NCBI RefSeq assembly: GCF_009914755.1
Contig: NC_060934.1
DNA from: the human T2T-CHM13v2.0 reference genome, Homo sapiens
Direction: 5' to 3' (one strand)
Length of the DNA: 64,000 nt
The stretch's first letter is position 1. Each line of letters opens with the position of its first letter. The translations under genes and the position numbers were made by a program. This document shows positions 28,779 through 43,652 of the stretch, piece by piece. The notes under the pieces were generated by a model. That model made no database searches. It was not told where the DNA came from and was given only the letters and a program-made list of their open reading frames with translations.

Positions 28779-29748
28779 GCTGGGAAAATGGAGGCCAAGA
28801 GCTGGGGATGAGTCTGAGTCTCCCTGGGTACTGAGACAAGTTCACCACTTTGGCTCATCTGAGAAATTCATTAACAATTCATTACACACCCCCTCTTGAT
28901 GGGCCACAGAACACACCCCCAGCTTTTTCATGGCAGCCTGAAGGCTGCAGCTTCTTGTCTTTCCACACCATTCCACATCTTCCTGGCAAAATCCCAGTCC
29001 TGGGGTGTGCTCTCAGAAGACCTATATGAGGAAACAGAGGTCATCTTCACTTTGCAGTCTGAACTCTTTTCAAGGAAGAGCAATGTATTTCAGTTGTCAC
29101 ATTGTATGATGATTGGTTTAGCAGGCACAGCAGAGCAGAAATGGAATCAGCTGCCAGGGGCATTTTGAACATCTTCCAAAAAACAATTTTAGGCCATTTT
29201 GAAATCTGTAAACTTACGTAGAAATGTGTATTGTCCTTACATTCAACTTTCTATAAAGTATATTTTACATTTTAAAAAAAGACTGCCTTTCTTTTGATGT
29301 TGTTGACAAAAAGAGTCAAGCTCTGTCAAATACTTAAAGAGGTTTATTTCTGAGCTAAATATGAGTGACCATGGCCCAAGGCAGTCTCAAGAGATCCTGA
29401 GATGTGCCCAAGGTGGTTGGGTTGCAAGATGGTTTTATACATTTTAGGGGAACATAAGACATCAATCAATGCCTGTGAGGTATACATTGGTTTGGTCTAG
29501 AAAGGAAGGACAACTGAAAGTGGGATGGGGAGAGATGCAGGAGAGTGACCTTACAGGTCATAGGTGGACTCAAAGATTTTCTGATTGACAATTGGTTGAA
29601 AGAATTATTATCTAAAGACCTGGAATCAATCAACAGGAAGGAGTGTCTGGGTTAAGATAAGGGGTTGTAGAGATCAAGTTCTTAGTGGTAAATGAAGTCT
29701 CATTGGTGGCTACTGTTAGAAACAATTGATGGTAAATTCTGATGTTTC

Positions 29749-30705
<957 letters not shown>

Positions 30706-30987
30706 GGTTTCCTATGTAGACCTTCAAAGGGTGCTAGACTATCAGTTCATCTCTTCAGGATCGGGGAGGCCTGGAAGGGTAAAGATCCAGTTATGTTAGA
30801 TTCTTCACAGATACAAATCTCCGCCCCACAAAAGACAGCTTTGCAGGGCCATTTCCAGATATGAAAAATAAACAAATTTGGGGGTAATTATCTTGATTTC
30901 CTTATCTGCCATGTGATATTACGCCAGAGTCAGTTGGAGTTGGTATCTTATTGCTACAGAGTCTGTTCTGTCAGTCTTAAAACCTCT

Positions 30988-31270
30988 ATTTTATTTTTGA
31001 GACAAAGTTTCACCCTGCCACCAGGCTGGAGTGCAGTGGTGTGATGTCGGCTCACTACAACCTCCACCTGCTGGATTCGAGTAATTCTTGTGCCTCAGAC
31101 TCCCAGGTGGTTGGAATTATGGGTGCACGCCTGGCTAATTTTTGTATTATTAGTAGTGATGGGGTTTCCCCATGTTGGCCAGCTAGTCTCGATCTCTTGA
31201 CCTCAAGTGATCTGCCTGCCTTGGCGTCCCCAAGTGCTGGGATTACAGGCGTGAGCCACCTCGCCCAGCC
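30988..31270 (-). mobile_element. Alu, antisense
   Basis: ttttatttttgagac...gagccacctcgcccagcc. Confidence 0.88.
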
Positions 31271-31716
31271 AAGATCTCTATTTTAATGTTAATGCTGGTG
31301 AGTCTGTCTAACCCCAAAAGGAGAGGAGTATCATGAGGCACGCCCAGTTCTCCACTGCTGGTCACGGTCTGAACTAGGAAGCGCGCCCAGTCCTCCACTG
31401 CTGGTCACAGTCTGAACTAGGAGGTGCACTCAGTCCTCCACTGCTGGTCATGGTCTGAACTAGTTTCAGGTTTCTTTGGAATCCCCTTGACAGAGAAGAG
31501 GGGTCCATTCAGCTGGTTGGGGGACTCAGACTTTTGTTTTTGGTTTACAATGTAGAAGAATATTAATTACTGGAAAAACATCACACATAACTTATGGCAG
31601 CTTCACAATAAGGGATTACATAAAAAAACTAAAGCAGAGTAAAACTGTTTTATTTCCTGTACTGGAAAATATTACTTTCTCTGGGCAAGATGGTATTGCA
31701 AGTTCAAGCTTAGAGG

Positions 31717-32440
<724 letters not shown>

Positions 32441-32672
32441 TAAAACAAAAATTTAAAAACCACCAACACTTCATAGACCAAAAATGAATCAGAAACACAT
32501 AGCAGCTCACAGGACCCAGACTTTGGGCCTGTGGGGGCTCTGGGCCCAGAAAGAGGGAAAGGTGCTTGGGAGGGCTGTCCCTGAAGAGTGAGGGGGCAGA
32601 AAGTGCCTGAGAGTAGTGGAGAACAGCCAAGAGCATCGCTGAAAACCAGGGCTGGAATAAGTCTCTTGCCTC

Positions 32673-33404
32673 TGTAACTGCCCTATGGGTTCACCTTGCC
32701 TGCTGCCTAGACAGAGCCCATTTACCAAGACAGGGGAATTGCAATGGAGAAAGAGTAATTAACGCAGAGCGGGCTGTGCAGGAGACCGGAGTTCTACTAT
32801 TATTACTCAGTCAGTCTCCCTGCGCATTCTGGGATCAGAGTTTTTAAAGATAATTGGGAGGGTGGGGCTTTGGGACATGAGGAGTGCTGATTGGTCAGGT
32901 TGGAGATGGACTCATAGGGGGTCGAAGTGAGGTTTCCTTGCTGTTTTCTGCTCCTGGGTGGGTGCCCGAACTGCCGGAGCGAGATTACAGGTCTGGGTGG
33001 TGTCGGCTGATCTGTGGAGTGCAGGGTTTGCAAAATATCTCAAGCTCTGATCTTGGGTTTTACAATAGTGATGTTATACCCAGGAGCAATTTGGGGAGGT
33101 TTAGACTCTTGGAGCCAGAGGCTGCAGGACCCCTAACCTGTAATGTCTAATATTGTACCTAATTTGTTAGTCCTGCAAAGGCAGATTGGTCCCTGGGCAA
33201 GAAGGGGGTATTTTCGGGAAAGGGCTATTACCCATTTTGTTTCAGAGTCAAACCATGAACTGAATTCCTTCCCAAGGTTAGTTTGGCCTATGCCCAGGAA
33301 TGAACAAGGACAGCTTAAAAGTTAGAAGCAAGATGGAATCGGTTAGGTCTGATCTCTTTCACTGTCATAATTTCCTCAGTTATAATTTTGCAAAGGCGGT
33401 TTCA
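32673..33404 (-). mobile_element. LTR8-like ERV1 solo LTR
   Basis: Minus strand begins TGAAACCGCCTTTGCAAAATTATAACTGAGGAAATTATGACAGTG and ends ...GTTACA. Confidence 0.8.
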
Positions 33405-33787
33405 CTTCCATGAAAGGAATGTGAAAAAACATACAACTTCTGCAGCGATATCTGGAGATGGAGACGAGGACAGCCTTCGGCCCAGCCTCTTGCTGGCTCC
33501 AGGACTGGATCTACAGTTCCCAACGGCAAGGCCAGGCAAGCACCCAAGCATGACCCCAAAAGGCTGGACGGAGGCTCCTGCCAGAGCATGACACACAGTG
33601 AATACTCAGGGAAACAGAACATAAGCCCCCTCTGCAGAAGCCTGCAAGCCTAGATTTCAAAACACAGGACTCCAAGAAGACAGATAACAGTATCAGCCAT
33701 CAACTGGTAAATTCCGCCCAGGGGAGATGAAAACAATAAAGCACAGTTTAAAATAAATGTGTCTACCCCGGGCAGTGGCTCAGGACT

Positions 33788-34085
33788 GGCAGTGGCTCAC
33801 GCCTATAATCCCAGCACTTTGGGAGGCTGAGGCAGGTGGATGGCTTGAGCTCAGGAGTTCGAGACCAGCCTGGGCAACATGGTAAAACCCGTCTCTACAA
33901 AAAATACAAAAATTAGCCCAGTGTGGTGGCACATGCCTGTAGTCTCAGCTACTTGAGGGGTTGAGGTGGGAGGATTGCTTGAATCTGGGAGGCAAAGGCT
34001 ACAGTGAGCCGAGATCACACCGCTGAACTCCAGCCTGGGTGACAGACTGAGACCCTGTCTCAAAAAATAAATAAAATAAATAAAT
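33788..34085 (+). mobile_element. Alu
   Basis: Alu dimer with aaataaataa tail. Confidence 0.9.
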
Positions 34086-35166
34086 AGAGGTGTTTGGGAT
34101 TCTCATGGTAGATAAAGAAAGAAAACAGCCGTGAACATTAAAAACAGATTATAAAACAAAAACTGGAAGAAATTAGACACAAAAAAGAAAATTAGAAATA
34201 GAGACCAATGCGGTTTTATTTAAAAACTCAACAGATTAAACAAACTAATTGGATGGAGACAGAACTAGTAAACTGGAAGATCGTAAACTGAGAACACAGA
34301 GACCAATACTGGGAAGCGCAGTTTGAGAGATGGAGAAGACACTGAATGGGTGCAAGCTACTCCCTTTTAGGAGATCCAGAACAAGAATTATGTCAGGGTG
34401 CAGAGGTGCCACGGGAGGACAGATGGCCGGGAAGGGCTGGGAACTGAAACTTAGCTATCTCAGGTGAGAAGACACGGCCAGCGCCAGGCAACACAGCCAA
34501 ACCAACTTATACTCAGAAATACCACAGCGAAATTTCAGAACAAAGACATGAAAAGAGAAGATAGATTTCCTTCATGGAAGTAGCAATGCCACGGGCAGCA
34601 AACTTCTCGGCAGGGTAGCAGCAGTCGCTGCCCGGAGGAAGGTCCTAAAATCAAGACAGGAAATGACTCAACAAGGAACGCGGCACCAGCTCCACAGCCA
34701 CTCAATAATCAGATCAACACGAACACTTCATTCGTTCCTACGTTGGGAGGCTCACCCAAGAATACTTGCCAAAAGGCTACCAATGGATACAATCTGGCTG
34801 GGCAAAAACTGAGCACAGTAAAGGGCAAAACATGCTCGTACATACAATTAACTACTGACTACAAAAATTAATGTAGCATGAAAAATGTGAAACAAAAACC
34901 TGAGGCAACAATAACAAGCAAGAGGGAATACGCTCAAATGGTTAGTAAATGTTTTATTTGTGAAAAGAGATACTGGAATGCTGAAACTTGTTAGAAATAG
35001 CATCGTGCTGAAATCTTCCATCCCCTTCGCCACTCACGGCAACACCCATGTCACTCCTCATTCTCTCCTTGCTCTGCCCGGGTGGCTGGCCTCCCCACGC
35101 TCCTGAGAAGGTACTGGTTGTGCTTTCAGCTTCCTGATTGGTAGATAGTTGGGTATGTACGAAAAC

Positions 35167-35456
35167 TTTTTTTTTGAGACAGGGTCTCGCTGTCACCGAA
35201 GCTGACATTAAGTGGCACAATCATAACTCACTGCAGCCTCAAAATCCTAGGTTCAAGCGATCCTCTTGCCTCACCCTCCCACACAGCTGGAACTACAGGT
35301 GTGTGCCACCACACCCAGCATTTTTTTTTTTTTTTTTTTTAATTTTTGTAGAGACTGGGTTGCCCAGGCTGGTCTCCAACTCCTGGCCTCAAGCGATCTT
35401 CCCACCCTGGCCTCCCAAAGTGCTAGGGTTACAGGCGTGAGCCATCGTGTCCGGCC
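35167..35456 (-). mobile_element. AluJ, antisense
   Basis: Poly(T) then gagacagggtctcgct...gtccggcc. Confidence 0.88.
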
Positions 35457-35567
35457 TAAAAAACATTTCTTACTGTGATCTCTTCACAAAAATAAAACGT
35501 AAATCCCCTCAAAGTGGATAGTCGTTTCTCCACATAATTATGTCGTTTCCTTTAAAAAGTGGAATCA

Positions 35568-35891
<324 letters not shown>

Positions 35892-36080
35892 CTAAACTGT
35901 CCGGGTTTCCAGAGTGTTTCTGGGTGGGACAGAGGGTGCTACTTTTCATTATCAGTTGGATCCTGGAATGAAGGTGCACGGGACTCCAGGGTTCCACAGG
36001 ACCACGCGAGCACCTCCCCTCCCGCCCGGTGTCATTTCATCTTCTTCCAAATTCTCAAAACCCTTCCTCAGGACACTCAC

Positions 36081-36381
36081 TGCGTTTCCTCGCCCCCCTC
36101 ACTCCTCCGTCCAGAGGCAGCCTTACTTCTCCAAAGAGGACGCTCTGAGTCTGCGTTCCCCTGGCAGCAAGTCCTGAGGCAAGATTTGGGGACAAGCAGC
36201 TCCTGTGGGAAGTGGCTCCAGGAAGCCCCAGGAGAGACGCGGGGAGTGAGCCCAGCGGGAAGGACAGGCAGCGAGGACCGCTCCAAAGGTGGTGCCTCAG
36301 CAGCAATTCTTTTCTGCTCGGCTGTCCTCGAGCAGCCCCGCCCGCCCCGGGCCCTCCGGCTCCCCAGACGGCACTTAGCAT
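36081..36381 (-). CDS. STK32C: STK32C alternative (distal) first coding exon, 100 codons + 1 nt
   Basis: ATG at 36381 opens MLSAVWGAGGPGAGG...GVRGARKR and ends at A|GTGAGT (36080), the same phase 1 as the canonical exon 1. It starts in the shared CpG island and agrees with my recollection of a longer annotated isoform. Confidence 0.7.
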
Positions 36382-36514
36382 CCCGCTCTCTTCCTTCCCC
36401 TCTGTGCCAGGCCGGTCGCCCCTCCAGACCCTCGCGGTCTCTACTTGCCCGTCGGCCACCACCCCTTCAAGGCCGCGGGCGCGGAAAAACGGATGCTACC
36501 GTTGGCCGCGTGCG

Positions 36515-36760
36515 TGCGCAGGCGCACCACCCCCTGCCACCCCCGCGCAGGCGCACCACAACCCCCCCACCGCAAGCGCAACCCCCCGCCCCAGCGCAGG
36601 CGCACCACACCCCGCCCCCTCCCGGGCAGGCGCACCACACCCGACCCCCTGCCGCGCAGGGGCACCCACACCCCGCCCCCGCACGCAGGCACAAACCCCC
36701 ACAACACGCACACCCCCGCGCGCAGGCGCACCACACCCCTCGCGCAGGCGCATCACAGAC
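36515..36760. repeat. Degenerate ~22-37 bp repeat carrying NRF1-like GCGCAGGCGCA
   Basis: Exact copies at 36516, 36545, 36594, 36720 and 36742; four variant copies in between. Confidence 0.8.
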
Positions 36761-36774
36761 ACACTCGCGCTCAG

Positions 36775-36901
36775 CGTGGCGCCTGCGGGATTCCGTACCG
36801 GCGTCTCCATGGCGACCGCGTTGGCTGGGTGGCCTCCATTGTCGGGCTGCTGCTCTCAGCGGCGGGGCTCGCCAGCGCTTCAGTGGGCGGGGACGCGGCA
36901 G
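36775..36901 (+). other. LRRC27: LRRC27 exon 1 (5' UTR; start approximate)
   Basis: Donor CAG|GTGAGA at 36902 inside the CpG island. The TSS cannot be fixed from sequence. Confidence 0.7.
36803..36816. promoter_or_regulatory. RFX X-box at the LRRC27 TSS region
   Basis: GTCTCCATGGCGAC, a palindromic X-box variant. Confidence 0.6.
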
Positions 36902-38144
36902 GTGAGACGGGGCGGGTACGGCCAGCTCGCTGAGCCCTCGAGGCGGGCGGCGGCAGGAAGGTGGTGCCTCGGCCCGTCGTGCCCTGTCGCCTAGCTCCAG
37001 CCGCGATGCTGACCGCAAAGGCTGCCCTTCTGAGGCCTGGAATGTGAGGCCCAGAGCGTCGGACCCAACTCAGCCTCGCCCGGATGGGGAAATCGAGGCA
37101 GGGAGCGGGGGTGGGCGTGCGTGGGGATCCCTTGAAGGCAGCCTCGGAAACCCCACGGAGCCTGCGCTGCCTGGGCCCTGTGTGAGTCCAGGCTGTTGTT
37201 TCACTTCTGGTTTTAAGATACTTTCCCTGTTCTGAGGTTTGAAGCCTCCCCTCCTCTGTTTTAAGTTCCGTGATTCGGAGAAAACAAGTGAACTGACCGT
37301 GAAAAAGCCCGCGGGCTTCCATGGAATGCAGGCTGCCTGGGGTTGAACCCTGCTGGGTCCCGGTGTCGCCTCTACCCCCCAATTAACTGCGCCCCTGGAA
37401 CAGTTCCCTAACTGATCTGCGCCTCATATGCCAATCATTGGGCTGTTGAGTGACTTGAATTAGGTGAACTGATGCATTCCAACGTTGATTCTTATTGCCG
37501 AATAAATTGTTTGGAAATTGCAAGTGGAAGTGTGCCTCGCTGAATGAGATTTTGGTGAACAATACTTCTGAGTAAAAGTGTTGCTGGACAACGAAAATTC
37601 GAGATTAATTTAACAGGTTTTTCCCCGGTGCTTAACTGGGTGTAAGCCAGACTTAGTTCTGGTCACTGGGTCAAAATGGTAAACAAAAGACAGGCTTCCT
37701 GGCCTCAAGAAACTAAAAACATAGTTCAAATGGCACAGAACCACACCAGAGGTAAGAAACAGTGCAAATTTCCACCCGCCCCTAGTCATTTCATGGAAGC
37801 GTTGCAGTTGATTTACAGGCTTTGAAATGTTCCGATCTGTTTACATCCCTAAAATGATCATTACTATTGTGCGCCTTTGCGTTTTCCAGGAGTTAAATCT
37901 TGGAACTCCATTGTACAAAGTGAGAGCAGAGAATTTTAATCTGAACCTCTTTGTATTCCTTTTTTTTTTTTTACATGTTTAAAAGTCAAATTTTTGCTAC
38001 TGCTTAGGAAAAATGATAGCTTTTAAAGCAAGTTACATTACAGTAGATCTGCCACACAGCTATTCTGTTTTGCCTCGGTATAATTAGTTGCTTCTACGTT
38101 TCCCTTTCCCGTGTCTCCAGGTGACTCCAGACCAAGGAGGATGA

Positions 38145-38459
<315 letters not shown>

Positions 38460-39051
38460 TAGGCTTCTTTCTCTTTGGAATTGATGAATTCTAAAATTAA
38501 ATAGAGGAAAGGTTAACTCATAGTTTCATACGCCAATCACAACAAAATGGGAAATTCATGATGGGGACCAACCAATGGAAATAGTACATCTATTTAGATG
38601 AAGGTGTCTGTTCTCTTCCTTGCAGTTCATCTCTCAAAACCTGTGGTAGAAACTACTGCCAAACACGCTTGGTCTCTTAATTAAAACACAAAACCTTAAA
38701 GAAAATCAGGCAACATGAGCAGTTAAAAACTTTGTTCTCACCCATGATTTTGCTCATGTTACACACTGGTTTTACTTTGTGCCCGGCCCTTCTCCGGGTC
38801 AGTCCGCAGTAGATGCTGTCTTGTCCATGTGATTTCTAGAGAAAGCTTCTGTGAGGGCACAGGTTTGATGTTAGACAGTTGAGGGTTCCCCCTGCAGCAC
38901 TTGTCCCTGCTGGGACTCACAGAATTTCCTTAAACCTCATTTGGTTTAATCTGGAATGTCGGAATGATCATGTTTTCACATCATTTATTGTGAAAATGAA
39001 TAATGTGAAAGTTCAGTGTCTGGAACATAGTTATGATATTGATTGACTTTC

Positions 39052-39185
39052 TTTTTGTATTTTTAGTAGAGATGGGGTTTCACCATGTTGCCCAGGCTGA
39101 TCTTGAATGCCTGAGATCAGGTGATCTGCCTGTCTCAGCTTCCCAAAGTGCTGGAATTACAGGTGTAAGCCACCGCACCTGGCCA
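39052..39185 (-). mobile_element. Alu left arm, antisense
   Basis: tttttgtattttttagtagaga...gccaccgcacctggcc. Confidence 0.85.
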
Positions 39186-39742
39186 GATTGACATTTTTGA
39201 GTGCTTCTACAAGAGCTACATATTTAGATTTTTAGTGGCTGCTTAAGTTATAAACTCTACATTTGCATTGTCTTTGCTGTCACGGCAGCGCTGGTCTTGC
39301 TCTTTCTTTCCTTCATGCTGACATCTAGGGTGAGGCACTGGTCACAGGGACCTGCCTTGTCCTGGCTCCTGTTACACAGGTGTCACTTTTAATGAACAGA
39401 TATCCTCAGCCCTGAATAAGGGATCCAGCAGAGCCCTGAGGTTTCTGTTACCTTTATGCACAAAGGGAGAAGGAGGAAATTCCAGAGGTCTTCAGGCTTG
39501 ATGAAGAAACTTGATAACTGTTTATACCTTTCAGAAGACAAATGTCAGTATAAATTTTATTACCATGGCATAGAGTCTTTAAATGTGGTAATCAGAGTGG
39601 TAGACTTTCTGCCGCTGTGGCTGCAGTCTCTAAAGTCATAAACAGCACTTCCAGAGATCCCCCATCCTCACATGAGGCTCCCAGGACCTAATAGGAAAGA
39701 TGGAATTTGTATTGTGACATAGCCACCTCACTGTTCACCACA

Positions 39743-40716
39743 TGAGAAACAAACTTACCCATCCAAACCCAAAGAATGGACTCAGAGAACAGTGGAAGAA
39801 AGACTTTTTAATGACGGTCTTGCAAGATTGGGTGTCTGATGGGCAGGCACACCCAGCAGGGTTACAACAAGCCATTTATCCCCTGGTGCGCAGGTCCTGC
39901 CCCAGTTCCTCATAGGCTGAGTACTATGGGGGTTACAGTCTTCCCAGACTTCGCCTATTGGTTGTTGGGTAGGGGCTGTAGGGCACAGGTTCCTCCCCCA
40001 GATCCTCATAGGCTGAGTACTATGGGGGTCACAGTCTTCCTGGACTTCGCCTATTGGTTGTTGGGTAGGGGCTGTAGGGCACAGGTTCCTCCCCCAGATC
40101 CTCAGAGGCTGAGTACTATGGGGGGGGGTCACAGTCTTCCTGGATGTCGTCTATTGGTTGTTGGGTAGGGGCTGTAGGGCGCAGGTCCCTCCCCCAGATC
40201 CTCATAGGCTGAGTACTATGGGGGGGGTCACAGTCTTCCTGGATGTCGTCTATTGGTTGTTGGGTAGGGGCTGTACGGTGCAGGTTCCTCCCCTGGTTCC
40301 TCATAGGCAGAGTACTATAGGGTCGCAGTCTTCCTGGACGTTCCCTATTGGTTGTTGGGCAGGGGCTGTAGGTATTTTCTTTAGGGTTGTCCTGCTTTAT
40401 TTTGTCGTGGCCCACAATGCATTGCAATCCCAGTCAGCTCAGGGGCTCTTCAAGTATTTGATTTATGACCTAAGTAGCTGGGCAGGCTGATAAGAACGGA
40501 CAAAACGAGCTATTTTGCGGGCTAGTAAACTTTCATCTTAGACTAATCTTCTTTGGTTTGGGTGAGGGCAACTAAGGGGTGGGGAATGGCCAACAAGCAG
40601 GCATCGGCTATCCAAGTAGGGGCCTAGTACATCCTGTTTTTCTGTAGTTTGCTGACCTAAGCCAATTCAAGGCACTTTGTCTTGGAAATGGACCACTGTA
40701 TATATTATTTCCTTCA
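39743..40716 (-). mobile_element. Solo ERV LTR with an internal tandem array
   Basis: TG...CA termini on the minus strand, ATTAAA (39812-39807) ~65 nt from the 3' end, flanks accaca/accata. Family not assigned. Confidence 0.72.
39890..40372. repeat. 95-100 bp x 5 tandem repeat inside the LTR
   Basis: ctattggttg recurs at 39955, 40051, 40151, 40250 and 40345. Confidence 0.9.
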
Positions 40717-41264
40717 ACCATAACCAGCTCCAAGTCACAGGTGGTGCCTGCATTTCCAGAGGTGCTGGGGAGGAAGAAGAGTGTTATCTTTCTGAGATTC
40801 CTTTTACTGGCATTGAGAACGACATGGTTTCAAAGCTGAGCACTGGAATCAGCTTGCCCTGGGGGGGGAAGAACAGGACCAAGAAGTGTAAAACCACTCC
40901 TGCAGAGGCCCGAGAAAGGCAGCACGTGGAGGCATGCACATGCCTGTATGTGGGGGGTGCACACCCATATACGTGGGGGCACACACTGTGACCTGTGATT
41001 GCCAGGATGCTTTCTGGAGACCGAGCCAGCTGCCAGCAAGCAGTGACTCGGGCAATTTCCTAACAGAGATAAGATAGTGTTTCCAGTGCCTTTCTGAAGA
41101 GTGTGATTTTTCCAGTCAGTGTTTCTCCAGTTGGAATCTGTCAGTGATTTGGATCAGGGACACGGTGTTGAGGGCGGAATGGGGAGGCATGTGGTGCTCT
41201 GTGCAATGTGCAGTGTGTGTTTCATAGAGAAGGCAACGTAATCACAACAGCCAATCCACGCACT

Positions 41265-41420
41265 GTTCTTTAGTGCTTGCCCACATTGCCCCGTCTCACA
41301 GATGAGGACACTGGAGCACAGAGAGGTTCAGGAACTTGCTCAAGGTCACACAGCCAATAGATTTTGAAACCTAGATGTGGATCCAGGCAGTCTGGCTTTG
41401 AGATCATTGTTCCGAACATC
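41265..41420 (-). mobile_element. MIR fragment
   Basis: cacagatgaggacactggagcacagagaggttcaggaacttgctcaaggtcacacagc, the MIR core. Confidence 0.75.
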
Positions 41421-42190
41421 TGTTTCTACTCCCTCAGGAAATACAGATATGGATATAAATACATATAATAATGTGAGTATAAACAACTAGCAGCATTAAT
41501 GACAGTATTGTAAAAATTAGCTATGATCCTTCCACACTGTGACTGTAAAATTGTGTGAATGTTATATGCATTTTACACAGCTAAAATCAGCGTGTATACG
41601 TTCATCTTCCACCTTCCCTTATTTGTCACGACTTTACAACGCCACCGAGTTGATGTGTCAATCTGCTTCTGAAATGCTGCTCGCTGAGGCTTTGTTTGCT
41701 GCTGATCGTAGAGAACACCACGGCAGACATCTCTGTCCCTGTCTTTTAGTTTCATTTTAATGATTGAGTTGGGCTGAGTCCCCCAGACCAGACATGGCTC
41801 TGGCTATTTGCTCAGTAAGCAGGCGATTTCGGGGGCTGCCGAGGGCCAGGTGCTGCGGCAGGCACTGGAGAAACGGCCGAGACACTGAGTGTGGGGCCCC
41901 GGAATTCAGACCATGTCAAAGGCTTTGGGATAGAAACAGTGGTGTGCTGGGTCAGCAGCAGAGTGCCGGCTCTTCAGGAAGTCAGTTCCGGCTCCAAAGG
42001 CCGCCGGAAGGAGTCCTGGTTCTTTTCTTTCTGATTCTTTTGTCTACTGTTTACATCTTTTAAGGGTAAGAGATTGGGTTTTTGTTTTTTAACTTAGTAT
42101 ATACGGTTCTGGTTGTTAGTAGTTCTTTTGGAAATAGATTTTGGATATATCATGTTTTACAAATTAGTTGGTTAACAAAACATTCTCTGA

Positions 42191-42340
<150 letters not shown>

Positions 42341-42664
42341 TAAGTTGTTTATGTTTCCAGATTTTAAAAATCATCTTTTCAGTGCACGAGTGCCTGTTCT
42401 TTCGCTCCTTGTCCTTTACTCTTGATTAAATTTTTACCTCGGAATAGAAACATTTAATAGTATTTTTAAAGCCAGCTAAGAGGTTGCGACGGCTGAATGT
42501 ACCCAACACAGAACTATAACTTGGGATATTTGGTGCCACAGAGAATGCTGTAGCCACAGTGTCTTTTTGCTGGGCAGCCAGTGTGATTTTTGTCACAGCC
42601 GATTCCAGCTCTGACTCTCCTTGTGTGAAGCTGTCTGAAAATCAGAAATACCTCTGATGAGTTA

Positions 42665-43052
<388 letters not shown>

Positions 43053-43332
43053 TCACTTTGGAAAACTGGGAGCACCCAACCAAGCTCCAGGTGTCCTGTC
43101 CATTTCCACCACTTCCCTTCCAGGAGTTTCCTTGCATTCCCACTTGTGGGGTGTAATCCTGCCCATGGTGGAAACGTCACACCTCCTTTCCCCTCCTCAG
43201 CCTGGCCCTTCCCCAGCAGCCAGGACTCTACTCTCACTATGGAGACGTCCTCCTTTCCTGAGCTCTCTGCTTCTGTGCCCACATCCCCGGCGCCATGGCT
43301 TTTTCACCTTCTGAAGCCATGATTGCCCTTAA

Positions 43333-43652
<320 letters not shown>

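Larger units (their letters stand above)
36180..37130. promoter_or_regulatory. CpG island, bidirectional promoter for STK32C (distal) and LRRC27
   Basis: CpG-dense, with divergent first exons about 400 bp apart, an NRF1-like array and an X-box. Confidence 0.85.

Noticed and set aside
36186-37382. Long ORFs (239, 260, 203 aa) over the bidirectional promoter
   Set aside because: GC and repeat artefacts, mostly with non-ATG starts. Only the spliced segments reported above are supported.
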